A DNA stretch of 64,000 nt from Eubacteriales bacterium (GCA_045652625.1 JAZRUR010000007.1:10037-74036); one strand, 5' to 3'; positions 38,219 to 47,580 are shown, numbered from the stretch's first letter. The notes: a model not told the origin generated them from the letters alone. Translations and numbers: made by a program.

Positions 38219-40333
38219 TTAAAGTTTTTTGTTTTTCAAAATCAACGCAACCGCAACAGCAACTATTGCAAGTCCAAGTACCGAAAGAAGAATGATAAGC
38301 CAAAGCGGTGTTTTATCATTGCCGTCCTCTTCGTTACTTATATCGTCAGAAACGCTGCTTTCATCAGACATCTCCTCGGACGCCGTGACCGTTACGTTAA
38401 CAACACGTTCTTCGGAAGAATTGAAACCGTCGTTAATACGCACGGTAAAGGTATCTTCTCCGACGTAATTCCTATCAGCGCGGTAGATCAACGAGCGTTT
38501 GTCTGCCGCAACCGTAACCACGCCGTGTGCAGGTTGCTTTGTGAATTCAACCTTGATATCTCCCCAATAGGAATCATCATCGGTGAATTTAATTTCCGAA
38601 ACGGCACGAGAATCACCCGATACCATTTCGATGTCCTGAATCTCCTCTAAAACAGGAGTTTCGTTCTTATAGGTTTCGTGGATAAACTGATATGTAAGGT
38701 CATAAAGACGGCGGAGATATAGACCCTTAGGCGTATTTGTATCTGCATGGCAGAAATCATAAATCGAACCGGGGCCTGCGCCTTGGTAATAGGTCTTCAG
38801 ACTATGCATATATCCCGTCTTATATCCGTAATAGAGATAACTTTCGTAGTTTTTACCCGCGATAAGATAGTCGTTTCCTCTGAAATACGAAGGTTCGTCG
38901 GTTTCCATTTCAACGCCTATATAGTTATTATACGCGCTTTCGGCAAATTCTTCAAGCATACCTTCTTCATAATAAGGTCTGCTGCTGCGGAACGCTTGGT
39001 TGGGTTGCATAACAGCGCCGCTGAATCCGAGTTCTTCCCAATGGTCATAGCCGATAGAAAGATAAAACGGGTCAAAAATAGTGTGTAGGTTCTTGTCTTT
39101 TACGTATTTGTTTACATTTTGAACAAGTTCAGCCTCATGGTCGGAATCGGAGTAGTTTACTTCCTCGCGCAACCAATAAAATCCTGCCAGTTCGAGGTTT
39201 TTATAGCCTTTTACCTTAAATTCATTAATACACTTGTCGGCAAACCATTTGACAATGTTTACACGTTCTTCCAAAGTGACGCATTTTTCCTGTTTACCGT
39301 CGCCGTCGATATCGCCGAACGGCTTATTAAGAATGGTAGGATACGGTAAAGTGAGAAAAACTTTATATTTTCCTTCTAAACCAAGTTCGCCGTAAACCCT
39401 GCCGACAACATTATCAAGCGCCTGAAGATCTTGTCCGTCTTTAAAAGTATGTTCGAAATAAAGTTCCCAGTCAGACATAACTGCTCCGGGTTTGCCGTTG
39501 GTTTTAGCCAATCTGCCTCCGGACGGGTAATCTCCGTGGCACGGAACCAATGCAACAGAATCGAACATAGTGTCGACAATTTTTCCCGATGCGTCCAAAT
39601 ACGCAATATACGGCAAAATTCTCTCCTCGGTCAATACCGCTATGTCGGGGGAGGGTCCATAATATCCGTTATATAACTTTATGATATCCGATACACCTAC
39701 AAGCGATTCGAAATAACCGCGAGGTTCTTCGGGTTTATCGGGCGTAACCTTCGCTTCGTCGCCGTTTAACGTCCTGCTTCCCATAATGCGTATTTCGTCG
39801 CAGTAAGCAAATATATCACAGCAAAATTCCACCTTGACATAACGTGCGGAATACACTTTATCCAATTCCACTTTAAAATCGCATTTTGCGGTATTGGTGC
39901 TATGCAAAGGATAATTGGTTTGATACTCGATAGCAGTGCCGTATTCTTCTCCGTCATCGGAAAGATATACGTTTATGTAACGCGGTGCATATAGTCCACC
40001 GCCCGAATGAAGGAATCCTGCCTCAACACGCGATATTGCGCAAACATCACCGAGGTCAAACGTTACAATTCTGCTTTTTGCACGGAAAGCACGGTACCAA
40101 CCGTCTGACGAAGAAGAATTGGTCGCCGTTTTAGAGTCGGTCAGTTGTCCGTTGTCGACATCATACTTAACTCCGCCTTCGCTGAAATTCCCGTACGACA
40201 AAGTAACAGGCTCGCCTGTCTCTATCGAATAAGACAGTCCTTTTGCAAGATTCTCTTCTTGTGATGCAGAAACGGGTAAAATACTCATAAAGAAAACTCC
40301 AAACAAAAACAAACTAAATAGTCTTTTAATCAT
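38219..40333 (-). CDS. large secreted, C-terminally membrane-anchored protein with N-terminal discoidin (F5/8 type C)-like domain
   Basis: Start moved to ATG 40333 (MIKRLFSLFLFGVFFMSILPVSA signal peptide; GGAGGAAC RBS). Discoidin-like pattern (NLAKGL...QLTDSK...WYRAF...VTFDLG...YVKVEF...DEIRIMG). A central domain of about 380 aa is unknown to me (possibly DUF4855-like), followed by an Ig-like segment, an acidic Ser-rich linker and a C-terminal TM (WLIILLSVLGLAIVAVAVALIL). Confidence 0.7.
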   Translation of the reverse strand: MIKRLFSLFLFGVFFMSILPVSASQEENLAKGLSYSIETGEPVTLSYGNFSEGGVKYDVDNGQLTDSKTATNSSSSDGWYRAFRAKSRIVTFDLGDVCAISRVEAGFLHSGGGLYAPRYINVYLSDDGEEYGTAIEYQTNYPLHSTNTAKCDFKVELDKVYSARYVKVEFCCDIFAYCDEIRIMGSRTLNGDEAKVTPDKPEEPRGYFESLVGVSDIIKLYNGYYGPSPDIAVLTEERILPYIAYLDASGKIVDTMFDSVALVPCHGDYPSGGRLAKTNGKPGAVMSDWELYFEHTFKDGQDLQALDNVVGRVYGELGLEGKYKVFLTLPYPTILNKPFGDIDGDGKQEKCVTLEERVNIVKWFADKCINEFKVKGYKNLELAGFYWLREEVNYSDSDHEAELVQNVNKYVKDKNLHTIFDPFYLSIGYDHWEELGFSGAVMQPNQAFRSSRPYYEEGMLEEFAESAYNNYIGVEMETDEPSYFRGNDYLIAGKNYESYLYYGYKTGYMHSLKTYYQGAGPGSIYDFCHADTNTPKGLYLRRLYDLTYQFIHETYKNETPVLEEIQDIEMVSGDSRAVSEIKFTDDDSYWGDIKVEFTKQPAHGVVTVAADKRSLIYRADRNYVGEDTFTVRINDGFNSSEERVVNVTVTASEEMSDESSVSDDISNEEDGNDKTPLWLIILLSVLGLAIVAVAVALILKNKKL

Positions 40334-41402
40334 TTTGTTCCTCCGTGAATAGTTTAAAATATGTGTCAGCGATGATAATATGGCCGTTAGCATTAGGGTG
40401 CGGATCTATACTGAAACGCGAATTCGAAATATCAAATCCTGCGTTAGTAAGCGTTTTTTTGGAACTGTTGAAGCGCTGCCAAACCGGCACAACGGTATAC
40501 CCGTTTTCGTTCGCAAGTGATTCAATAGGCGCATTGAGTTTTGCAACGGCAAGTTCGCCGTACGAAGAAAGATCGAGTTCTTCTTCAATACCCTCAAGTG
40601 AAATATTCACATTAAGATAAGGGTTATACACCGTCTGGATATATATTTTTGCGTCGGGGTTTAGTTTTCTTATTTCCGAAACTATTTGGGGGATTTCATT
40701 CGACAAATCCCGTTCCGCTTTATCAATGAGGTTTTTGAACTGCTCTCCTTCAAAAGCGTTATTAATTTCTTTGAAAATGCCGTTTATAACACCGCAGGAA
40801 TAAGAATACTTTTCTTTTGTTTTTTCGTCTTTTGCAAAAAGGTAAAGGAAATAGTCCTTAAATGCCTTGGGATCAACCTGCCCAACTTTCTCCATAACAG
40901 AGGAAAGCGAGGTTATCGCCTGAAGAATATTGTTTCCGCCGATGCTTATAATTACGGAATCGCAATCATTCAATTCCGCAGGAGGTGAGGTTTGCAGAGC
41001 GGACAACAGTTCGGCGCCGGTCTGACCGTCTACTCCGTAATTTACAACAGAAACATCGGTATATACCGTTTTTAAACTTTCCTCAAGAAGCGCCGAAAAC
41101 CTTTGTGCTTCAACGTTTTCCAAACCATAGCCACGCGCGATTGAATCCCCGAGAACCACTACCGAAATACTTCCTTCGGTTTCGGGAACAGGCTCACTCG
41201 ATTCAACCGGCAATTTATCACTCATCACAGGCACACTCGAAACGTCAACGTCCGTTACAGCGTCCGTTGCGTCGCTTTCTTCTGAATTTTCGCTGACAAA
41301 AGAACTTGCATCTTCGCTCATTTCGGACAAGAAATCGTCGCATGATAAGAGCGCAAACGGGAACATCATTGTCAAAAACAAAATCGCAAGAATTTTTTTC
41401 AT
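40326..41402 (-). CDS. SGNH/GDSL hydrolase lipoprotein
   Basis: Start moved to ATG 41402 (MKKILAILFLTMMFPFALLSC lipobox). Block I VLGDSIARGYG, block II ISIGGNN, block V DPHPNANGH. The stop overlaps the downstream start by 8 nt. Confidence 0.8.
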   Translation of the reverse strand: MKKILAILFLTMMFPFALLSCDDFLSEMSEDASSFVSENSEESDATDAVTDVDVSSVPVMSDKLPVESSEPVPETEGSISVVVLGDSIARGYGLENVEAQRFSALLEESLKTVYTDVSVVNYGVDGQTGAELLSALQTSPPAELNDCDSVIISIGGNNILQAITSLSSVMEKVGQVDPKAFKDYFLYLFAKDEKTKEKYSYSCGVINGIFKEINNAFEGEQFKNLIDKAERDLSNEIPQIVSEIRKLNPDAKIYIQTVYNPYLNVNISLEGIEEELDLSSYGELAVAKLNAPIESLANENGYTVVPVWQRFNSSKKTLTNAGFDISNSRFSIDPHPNANGHIIIADTYFKLFTEEQND

Positions 41403-41488
41403 AATACTACTTTTCCTTATTGTTATCACAATAAAGTATTCGCATCTTTTATTATAATTATTCTTTGCGAATAAATCAAGGATTATTG

Positions 41489-41517
41489 TTACATTTATCA
41501 AACAAATTGAATATAAT
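41489..41517 (+). promoter_or_regulatory. candidate sigma-A promoter of the Cys-rich protein gene
   Basis: TTACAT (41489-94), 17 nt, TATAAT (41512-17). Confidence 0.4.
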
Positions 41518-41538
41518 TACACTGTGGGAGTGATAATC

Positions 41539-42294
41539 GTGAACGAAATACATTGTAATACTTTTGTACTTAATAACAGTCTGGCTGCGGTTTCGGCAAT
41601 TAACAAAGATGACCGCATAATTGCAACCGACGGATTCAACTGTAATATTCATTTTTTTGATCGAGGCGGCAATTCCTGCGGTTCGGGATCAACTTTGCGT
41701 CCTTACCGCAGGTTAAGATATGATGACCAAAGCGATTCGTACACCGCGCTTGGCTGTTGCAATCAAACAGTTATCTACTGTATTGATAACAATTTAAACG
41801 AAAACGGTTATATAACGTTATCAACTGCCGACGAAAACTGTAATTGCGAATGCAACTGCCAATCGGGTTGCGGAGTCGCCGATTGTTCCGAATTAACAGA
41901 CGCAAGTATCGCTCGAATAGGCGGAGAGTTGTTCATTATAGGCGCATTCACAAAAAGCGCATATTTGTTTGATACAAACGGCAGACGTTTAACCAAACTT
42001 TGCACCGCAGACAGAGATGAAACTCTTACCGATTTTATATCTTTCGGCGAAGAAAAATACGCCATGAGTACGGTCAACAACGGTTTGCGCACTATTGCCG
42101 TTTCTGAAAACGGTGTTACACAAAACGGTATCCTCAACCGCAACCTGTCGCTTCGTATGCTTTTTGAAAAAGACCAAACAATTTACGGATTGTTCGGACA
42201 AAGTTACATTTACAACCGTATAATACCTATTTATTCGAACGGAATACTCACACTGCCCAACAACACCGAAAATTGTTTTTGTGATGCAGTATAA
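41539..42294 (+). CDS. hypothetical cytoplasmic Cys-rich repeat protein
   Basis: GTG 41539 after GGGAGTG (ORF-track start 41524). 251 aa with no signal peptide. It has 15 Cys, including CNCECNCQSGCGVADC, and five segments of about 45-50 aa that each end in x-N-G (FFDRGGN, NLNENG, LFDTNG, VSENG, IYSNG). No family recognised. Confidence 0.6.
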   Translation: MNEIHCNTFVLNNSLAAVSAINKDDRIIATDGFNCNIHFFDRGGNSCGSGSTLRPYRRLRYDDQSDSYTALGCCNQTVIYCIDNNLNENGYITLSTADENCNCECNCQSGCGVADCSELTDASIARIGGELFIIGAFTKSAYLFDTNGRRLTKLCTADRDETLTDFISFGEEKYAMSTVNNGLRTIAVSENGVTQNGILNRNLSLRMLFEKDQTIYGLFGQSYIYNRIIPIYSNGILTLPNNTENCFCDAV

Positions 42295-42440
42295 AACTGC
42301 GATACTTGACGTTGGTTGCATAAATTTTCTTGCCGTGCATATTGATGTATTGGGAAGAATGAAATGCGAAAACGCTTAGTTTACCGTCACATTTGCCGAC
42401 AACGTTCGCAAATCTCTTCTTCCGGAGAGGACGAAAAGTT

Positions 42441-42962
42441 TTGAAAAAGTTGATTATCGCTTCCCTGATTCTTTTTGCGACGATTTTTTGCGGGTGCTTA
42501 ACTCAAAGTGAACCTAAAGATTTATTAACGATACCGATAAGCATCACCGCAACACTCGACGGAAACAATGCAAAATTCACCGTCGATATTTTTGAAAACG
42601 GCAGCGACATAATTTTCGGCGAGGAACACGCGCTTTCGGGAACAGAAATTCATTTCCGCACCGACGGTAACACCGCCACCGTCGGCGATATTTTCACACG
42701 GGACATCAAGAACGGTACATTCCCTGCCCAAGAGGCGCTAATAAAAGCGGTCAGGCTTCTTTCGTCAACCGATATCACAGGGATTGAGGAAGAAAGCCGA
42801 ACAAGGTATACTATTGACGAAATGACTATATTGGTGTATTATGATAAAAAAACCGATTCAATAACCCGAATCGAAACGGAGGAGGGCGGAAGACGATTTG
42901 AATTTTCAATCGTTTCGCTCGAACCACATGATACACAGAGCAACGGCGACCATACGTCTTGA
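42441..42962 (+). CDS. hypothetical lipoprotein
   Basis: TTG 42441 with GGAGAGGA 9 nt upstream. LKKLIIASLILFATIFCGC is a lipobox. 173 aa, no family recognised. The 3' end overlaps alr. Confidence 0.6.
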   Translation: MKKLIIASLILFATIFCGCLTQSEPKDLLTIPISITATLDGNNAKFTVDIFENGSDIIFGEEHALSGTEIHFRTDGNTATVGDIFTRDIKNGTFPAQEALIKAVRLLSSTDITGIEEESRTRYTIDEMTILVYYDKKTDSITRIETEEGGRRFEFSIVSLEPHDTQSNGDHTS

Positions 42963-44025
42963 ATCCATAACACATAATTACAACTACATAAAATCACTTG
43001 TAGGCAACAAGCGCGTAATGGCGGTTGTTAAAGCAAACGCCTACGGACACGGTTCGGTAAAGTTATCAAACGAACTCAAAAAGATCGGGTGTAACGATTT
43101 TGCGGTTGCGTGTCTTAGCGAGGCGCAAGAATTGCGAGATGCCGGTATAAACGGAAACATTCTTATCCTCGGCCCTACAGACGAAAACCTTATACCCGAA
43201 GTTATTGCGGGTGGTTTTATTCAAACGGTAGACAGTTTAGAATATGCAAAAGCGTTGTCAAAGTATGAAAACGTGCGTATTCATATCAAAGTCGATACAG
43301 GCATGTCACGGCTCGGATTTTATTGCCACGATAAATGCGACACCATAAAATGCGCCGATAAAATAAGCGAAATTGCAAAACTTAAAAATATCGCAATAGA
43401 CGGCATTTTCACCCATTTTGCCGACAGCGACGGAACCGATAACAAATACACAGAAAAGCAGTTTACGGCTTTCTCGGCATTGCTTGACGAACTCAAAAGA
43501 CGAAACTTTGATGTCGGAACACGGCATTGTTGCAACAGCGCCGCAATATTGCGTTATCCCGAAATGCATCTTGATATGGTACGCGCAGGTATAATTCTTT
43601 ACGGACTTATGCCGTCGTGCAACGTCGAAGACGACAACTTAAAACTTGCCATGAAATTATCCGCTCGTGTTTGTGCAGTGCACGAACTCAAAGCAGGTGA
43701 TTGCGTAAGTTACGGGTGTACCTATTGCGCAGAAAAAGACACGCGCATTGCGGTAATCTCTATCGGATACGCAGACGGTTTTTCACGCGTTTATTCGGGC
43801 AAAGAACTTTTAAGAATAAACGGAAAACGGTATGCCACTGTCGGAAAGATATGTATGGACATGTGTATGGTCGACATAGGCCTTGATTCCGATTGCAAAG
43901 TAGGCGACGAAGCGGTCATATTTGAAACCAAAGATGACATCGACCGCCTTGCAAATGCGCTCGGCACAATCAATTACGAGATTGTATGTTCGATAAAAAG
44001 CAGAGTGAAACCTAAATATATATAA
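42898..44025 (+). CDS. alr: alanine racemase
   Basis: AVVKANAYGHG PLP-lysine motif and a YGCTY region. Start is either TTG 42898 (GGAGGAGGG upstream) or ATG 42928. Confidence 0.93.
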   Translation: MNFQSFRSNHMIHRATATIRLESITHNYNYIKSLVGNKRVMAVVKANAYGHGSVKLSNELKKIGCNDFAVACLSEAQELRDAGINGNILILGPTDENLIPEVIAGGFIQTVDSLEYAKALSKYENVRIHIKVDTGMSRLGFYCHDKCDTIKCADKISEIAKLKNIAIDGIFTHFADSDGTDNKYTEKQFTAFSALLDELKRRNFDVGTRHCCNSAAILRYPEMHLDMVRAGIILYGLMPSCNVEDDNLKLAMKLSARVCAVHELKAGDCVSYGCTYCAEKDTRIAVISIGYADGFSRVYSGKELLRINGKRYATVGKICMDMCMVDIGLDSDCKVGDEAVIFETKDDIDRLANALGTINYEIVCSIKSRVKPKYI

Positions 44026-44035
44026 TATAACACAA

Positions 44036-44063
44036 AAGCCGACGGAATAAAAACCGTCGGCTT
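44036..44063. terminator. bidirectional intrinsic terminator
   Basis: AAGCCGACGG/CCGTCGGCTT 10-bp stem with an 8-nt loop and A/T-rich flanks, between convergent alr and the dockerin gene. Confidence 0.75.
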
Positions 44064-44085
44064 AATTTATTGATATTTTGCGGTA

Positions 44086-44631
44086 TTACGACCAACCGGG
44101 AGTCCAATCCGGCTCACCTTCGGCAGGGTTATAAGGTTCACAATTATACGCTCTATTGATATCGTACGTGCCTAAAACTGCACGTTTTACCATTATATAG
44201 TTGATCGCTTTAACCTCACCGCCCGACGCAACTCCAACAGCCTCGTGTCCCAAAGAACCGACATATCCCGTTCCGAGATAGGAACGCTTTATCGCAATAT
44301 AGTCAGCAGCATCCAAGTCACCATCTCCGTCTGCATCGCCCATAACTACCGCGACATAGGAAACGCCGTTTATTTTCACAATACAACCTGTTCCGACTTT
44401 TGCGTCTGACGAAAGTCTATTGCCGTTTTTATTGTATACTACGACAACAGAGTTATAATATGCCAATTGAACATCTTTAACAACAGAACCAACCGCAATA
44501 CCGTATATCTTGCCGTTAGAAGTTTTGGTCACGAATGATATGGTGTCGGCGGACGAACTAATCGCAAACATGGAACACGACGCCAATAACACACAAACCA
44601 ACAAGAACGAAATTAATTTTCTCATACTCAT
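44086..44631 (-). CDS. small secreted (possibly lipo-)protein with C-terminal dockerin-like module
   Basis: ATG 44631 after AGGAGAGGA. Signal sequence MSMRKLISFLLVCVLLASC. GDADGDGDLDAADYIAIKRSYLG is a Ca-loop repeat, followed by a degenerate second repeat (GGEVKAINYIMVKRAVLG). Confidence 0.7.
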   Translation of the reverse strand: MSMRKLISFLLVCVLLASCSMFAISSSADTISFVTKTSNGKIYGIAVGSVVKDVQLAYYNSVVVVYNKNGNRLSSDAKVGTGCIVKINGVSYVAVVMGDADGDGDLDAADYIAIKRSYLGTGYVGSLGHEAVGVASGGEVKAINYIMVKRAVLGTYDINRAYNCEPYNPAEGEPDWTPGWS

Positions 44632-44651
44632 CGAATCCTCTCCTCTTTTTC

Positions 44652-45485
44652 TCAAATTTCAACCCATTCACCGGGGTTTTTCAGCGCTTTGTTACCTGCT
44701 TCTATTATACCCATTACCGAAACGGTTTCGGCATGGTCGGCAAAAGTTTCGCCGGTTTTGAAGAAAGTACAAAGTTTCGTAATAAAGTTATCGAAATATT
44801 CGCTCATTTTAGGAATCTTATAAATAGAGCCGTCCTCATAATTGACGATCATTTCGAAGTCAACGCCTTTCCAATCATAATGGCTCATAACAGCGCGTCT
44901 GCCGTTGGAAAACTCAATGACCATTGTTTCGTAGCCGCTTCCCACAGACATTATACGTTTGACTTCGCTGCCCATTAATACAACTATCGGTTCGATTTGG
45001 TGGATAGCGTAAGTTTCAAATCTGCCAGGACCGCGGGAATTGATAAAGCAAATTCCGTCACGGGGAACATCAGCCAACTCAGTTGCGAAACGAAGTGCGG
45101 ACGTCGAGAAAAATGCAGTATTATTTGCCTCTCCGATATCTACTATCTGTTGAGCGATATCTTTAGTCAACGCAAAGGTTTTATCTACATAAACGCGTTT
45201 TCCGCTTGCAAGAGGTTCGCGGCAAAGGTCAAGGTGTCTTTCGGGGTTGTCGGGCGAAAGAACGATTATACAATCACTCTTTTCTACTACTTCGGCAATA
45301 GTATTGCAACGCTCAACACCGAATTCTTTACACCACTCGTCGGTTGTTTTTCCGTTCGGCTTATCTATTTCGGCATAAGCATAGGCAACCTTAAATTCAT
45401 CTCCGAACTTTTGTGCAATGAATTTGGGATAATTATTAGCGTGCCACTCATCAAGGAAATAATCAATAAAACCTATTTTTATCAT
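44652..45485 (-). CDS. Gfo/Idh/MocA-like protein lacking the canonical GxGxxG dinucleotide motif
   Basis: 277 aa. MIKIGFIDYFLDEWHANNYP... followed by the DCIIVLSPDNPERHLDLCREPLASGKRVYVDKTFA pattern of the family. AGGAGA RBS. Confidence 0.65.
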   Translation of the reverse strand: MIKIGFIDYFLDEWHANNYPKFIAQKFGDEFKVAYAYAEIDKPNGKTTDEWCKEFGVERCNTIAEVVEKSDCIIVLSPDNPERHLDLCREPLASGKRVYVDKTFALTKDIAQQIVDIGEANNTAFFSTSALRFATELADVPRDGICFINSRGPGRFETYAIHQIEPIVVLMGSEVKRIMSVGSGYETMVIEFSNGRRAVMSHYDWKGVDFEMIVNYEDGSIYKIPKMSEYFDNFITKLCTFFKTGETFADHAETVSVMGIIEAGNKALKNPGEWVEI

Positions 45486-45502
45486 TATTTATTCTCCTAA
45501 CG

Positions 45503-45964
45503 TTAAAAACTTTGTATAATTGCTCCTACGCCGTAGGAAAACACCATCATTATAACACCTGCAATAACAACGCCGAGCGCAATAGGAGGCGCTGACTTTT
45601 TCATATCCAAACCAAGTGTTATTGCAATAAGCGAACCCGTCCAAGCACCTGTTCCCGGAAGCGGAATTGCAACAAACATAAGTAAACCCCAAAACAGAGT
45701 TTTATGCATTTTTGCAACCTTTTTTTCTCCGATTTCAAGTATTTTGCGGAACGGTTTTCCGAATTTCGGGAAAGATGCAAAATAGCGAAGCACTTTTCCT
45801 CCGAAAAGAATCAAAAAGGGCACGGGAAGCATATTCCCTATCATTGCTACTAAAAACAGAAGCCAAAGGTCAAGACCCATGCCTACTCCCATAGGAATAG
45901 CGCCACGGAGTTCAATGACCGGAACCATACTCAATGCAAAAACAGATAAATATTTCCAAATCAT
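45503..45964 (-). CDS. small membrane protein, COG2426 'small multidrug export'-like
   Basis: 153 aa, 4-5 TMs, with the SMVPVIELRGAIPMG motif typical of this family. Confidence 0.7.
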   Translation of the reverse strand: MIWKYLSVFALSMVPVIELRGAIPMGVGMGLDLWLLFLVAMIGNMLPVPFLILFGGKVLRYFASFPKFGKPFRKILEIGEKKVAKMHKTLFWGLLMFVAIPLPGTGAWTGSLIAITLGLDMKKSAPPIALGVVIAGVIMMVFSYGVGAIIQSF

Positions 45965-45980
45965 ATCATTTCACCGCAAA

Positions 45981-47420
45981 CTACATTAAAACCGATAATT
46001 TAAGTGTTTTGAGGCAAATGCGTTTAACGTAAATATAATCAACAACGCCGACATCATAGTTTCCTGCAACTTGAGCAGCCATTAATTCCAAAGGTTCGAA
46101 GTTAAACGTTTTTAGGCAATAACGTTTAATCAACACATAGTCCTGTACGTCTATCTCGCCGTCGCTATCTACGTCGCCGAGCATGATTATAGTTACGCCG
46201 TCGGCGTAGTCTATCGTCATTCCGTTTGCGACGTAGCCGCTTGTTAGTTCATTACCGTTTTCATCAAGCACGGTAACGTCATTTTCGAACATCGACTTAA
46301 ATGCTTTGACATCTAATTTGGTGTCATATACCGTAATGACCGCTTCTTCAAAATCATAAATCGCAAGTGCGCCTTCTTTAAGAACAGGCTTAGGGTTAGA
46401 GAAAGCAAATCCTGCGTTTTCAAGTGCAACACCCGTATCGAACTTACCTGTCGTTTCCGGATTCACGTTATATATGTTGACTTCCGTATCAACTTTCGCA
46501 AACTCGCAGAAATAAATATAGTCGTCCGTGTTATCCGAATGTACGCCGATGATGTAATGATCCGCGGGGATAACAACATCCGATTTATCGCTTTTATTTC
46601 CGTCAACAATGACGTTACTGTACGTAACCATGCCGTTTTTTGCATTAACGATAATTATTGCAAAATCGTTCATGCCCTCTTGAGCGTCAGCGTTGTTTGT
46701 ATACGATGCAACATAATCGCCGACGGTGATATCGTTTTCTGCATAATAAATAACGTTCTTTGTTGAGGATTGATATCCTGCAATATCAAGCGAAACCGAC
46801 TTTTCGGGAAGTTTTGTCAACACGTCGGGTTGAAGTGCATATTCGACCGAAAATCCGCTGATTTCAAGCGATTCGAAAACCAACGGGTCTTCATCATATA
46901 TTTCACAACCCGCAAACGAAAATGCAATGTCATCAACCTTCGCATCGGGTTTTACAGAAAACGGAACGGTAACAGTCAATGCGTCGGCAACGGTTATCGC
47001 ATTTTTCGAAGTGGCATCCCAAGGAGAAAGTTCAAAAGTGCCGTTATCGTAATCTATCCTGCCGAAACATTCCCAGCCATCGGGCGCGTCATCAATAAAT
47101 GCAGTAAAATCGAATGCCTCTCCATCGGCGTCGATCTTATCGCTTACTGCAGGAACGACCATATCCGTATCATAAACGATCTTGAACACAAATGCCGATA
47201 CGCCCGTAACGGTTTCGGGAATAGACACTTCGCCAAGCGACACGGTAACATAAATCGTTCCGTCGGCGTTATAGGTATCCAAGCCGTTTGAGGTGTCAAA
47301 ATCGGCACTCGCCGAAGCCGAAAATACAACATCGGAATTTGCAGTAGTTTCTGCCAAAACTATAGATGACGTAGTTATAAGCATAGAAACAATTACTATA
47401 AACGCGAATAGTTTTTTCAT
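45981..47420 (-). CDS. secreted protein with cohesin-like N-terminal beta-sandwich and C-terminal dockerin-like module
   Basis: 479 aa. Signal peptide MKKLFAFIVIVSMLITTSSIVLA. N-terminal segment IYVTVSLGE...GVSAFVFKIVYDTDMV resembles cohesin strands (recognition by eye, moderate certainty). C-terminal GDVDSDGEIDVQDYVLIKRYCL plus a degenerate second repeat. Confidence 0.6.
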   Translation of the reverse strand: MKKLFAFIVIVSMLITTSSIVLAETTANSDVVFSASASADFDTSNGLDTYNADGTIYVTVSLGEVSIPETVTGVSAFVFKIVYDTDMVVPAVSDKIDADGEAFDFTAFIDDAPDGWECFGRIDYDNGTFELSPWDATSKNAITVADALTVTVPFSVKPDAKVDDIAFSFAGCEIYDEDPLVFESLEISGFSVEYALQPDVLTKLPEKSVSLDIAGYQSSTKNVIYYAENDITVGDYVASYTNNADAQEGMNDFAIIIVNAKNGMVTYSNVIVDGNKSDKSDVVIPADHYIIGVHSDNTDDYIYFCEFAKVDTEVNIYNVNPETTGKFDTGVALENAGFAFSNPKPVLKEGALAIYDFEEAVITVYDTKLDVKAFKSMFENDVTVLDENGNELTSGYVANGMTIDYADGVTIIMLGDVDSDGEIDVQDYVLIKRYCLKTFNFEPLELMAAQVAGNYDVGVVDYIYVKRICLKTLKLSVLM

Positions 47421-47560
47421 AACAAAAATCCCCTTCGTAAAATCAATCGTAACAGAACACGCCGAACAAGAAACACTTTCGGCATCATATCATTATACAC
47501 GGTAATTATATCAAATAACTTTTTAAAGGTCAATACGTTTGAAAATTTTTCCACATATTT

Positions 47561-47580
47561 ATTGTAATTTATTGTAATTT
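47561..47580. repeat. 2 x 10-nt direct repeat in the murB upstream region
   Basis: ATTGTAATTT ATTGTAATTT, preceded by a partial ATTT. The second copy supplies the -35-like TTGTAA. Confidence 0.85.
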
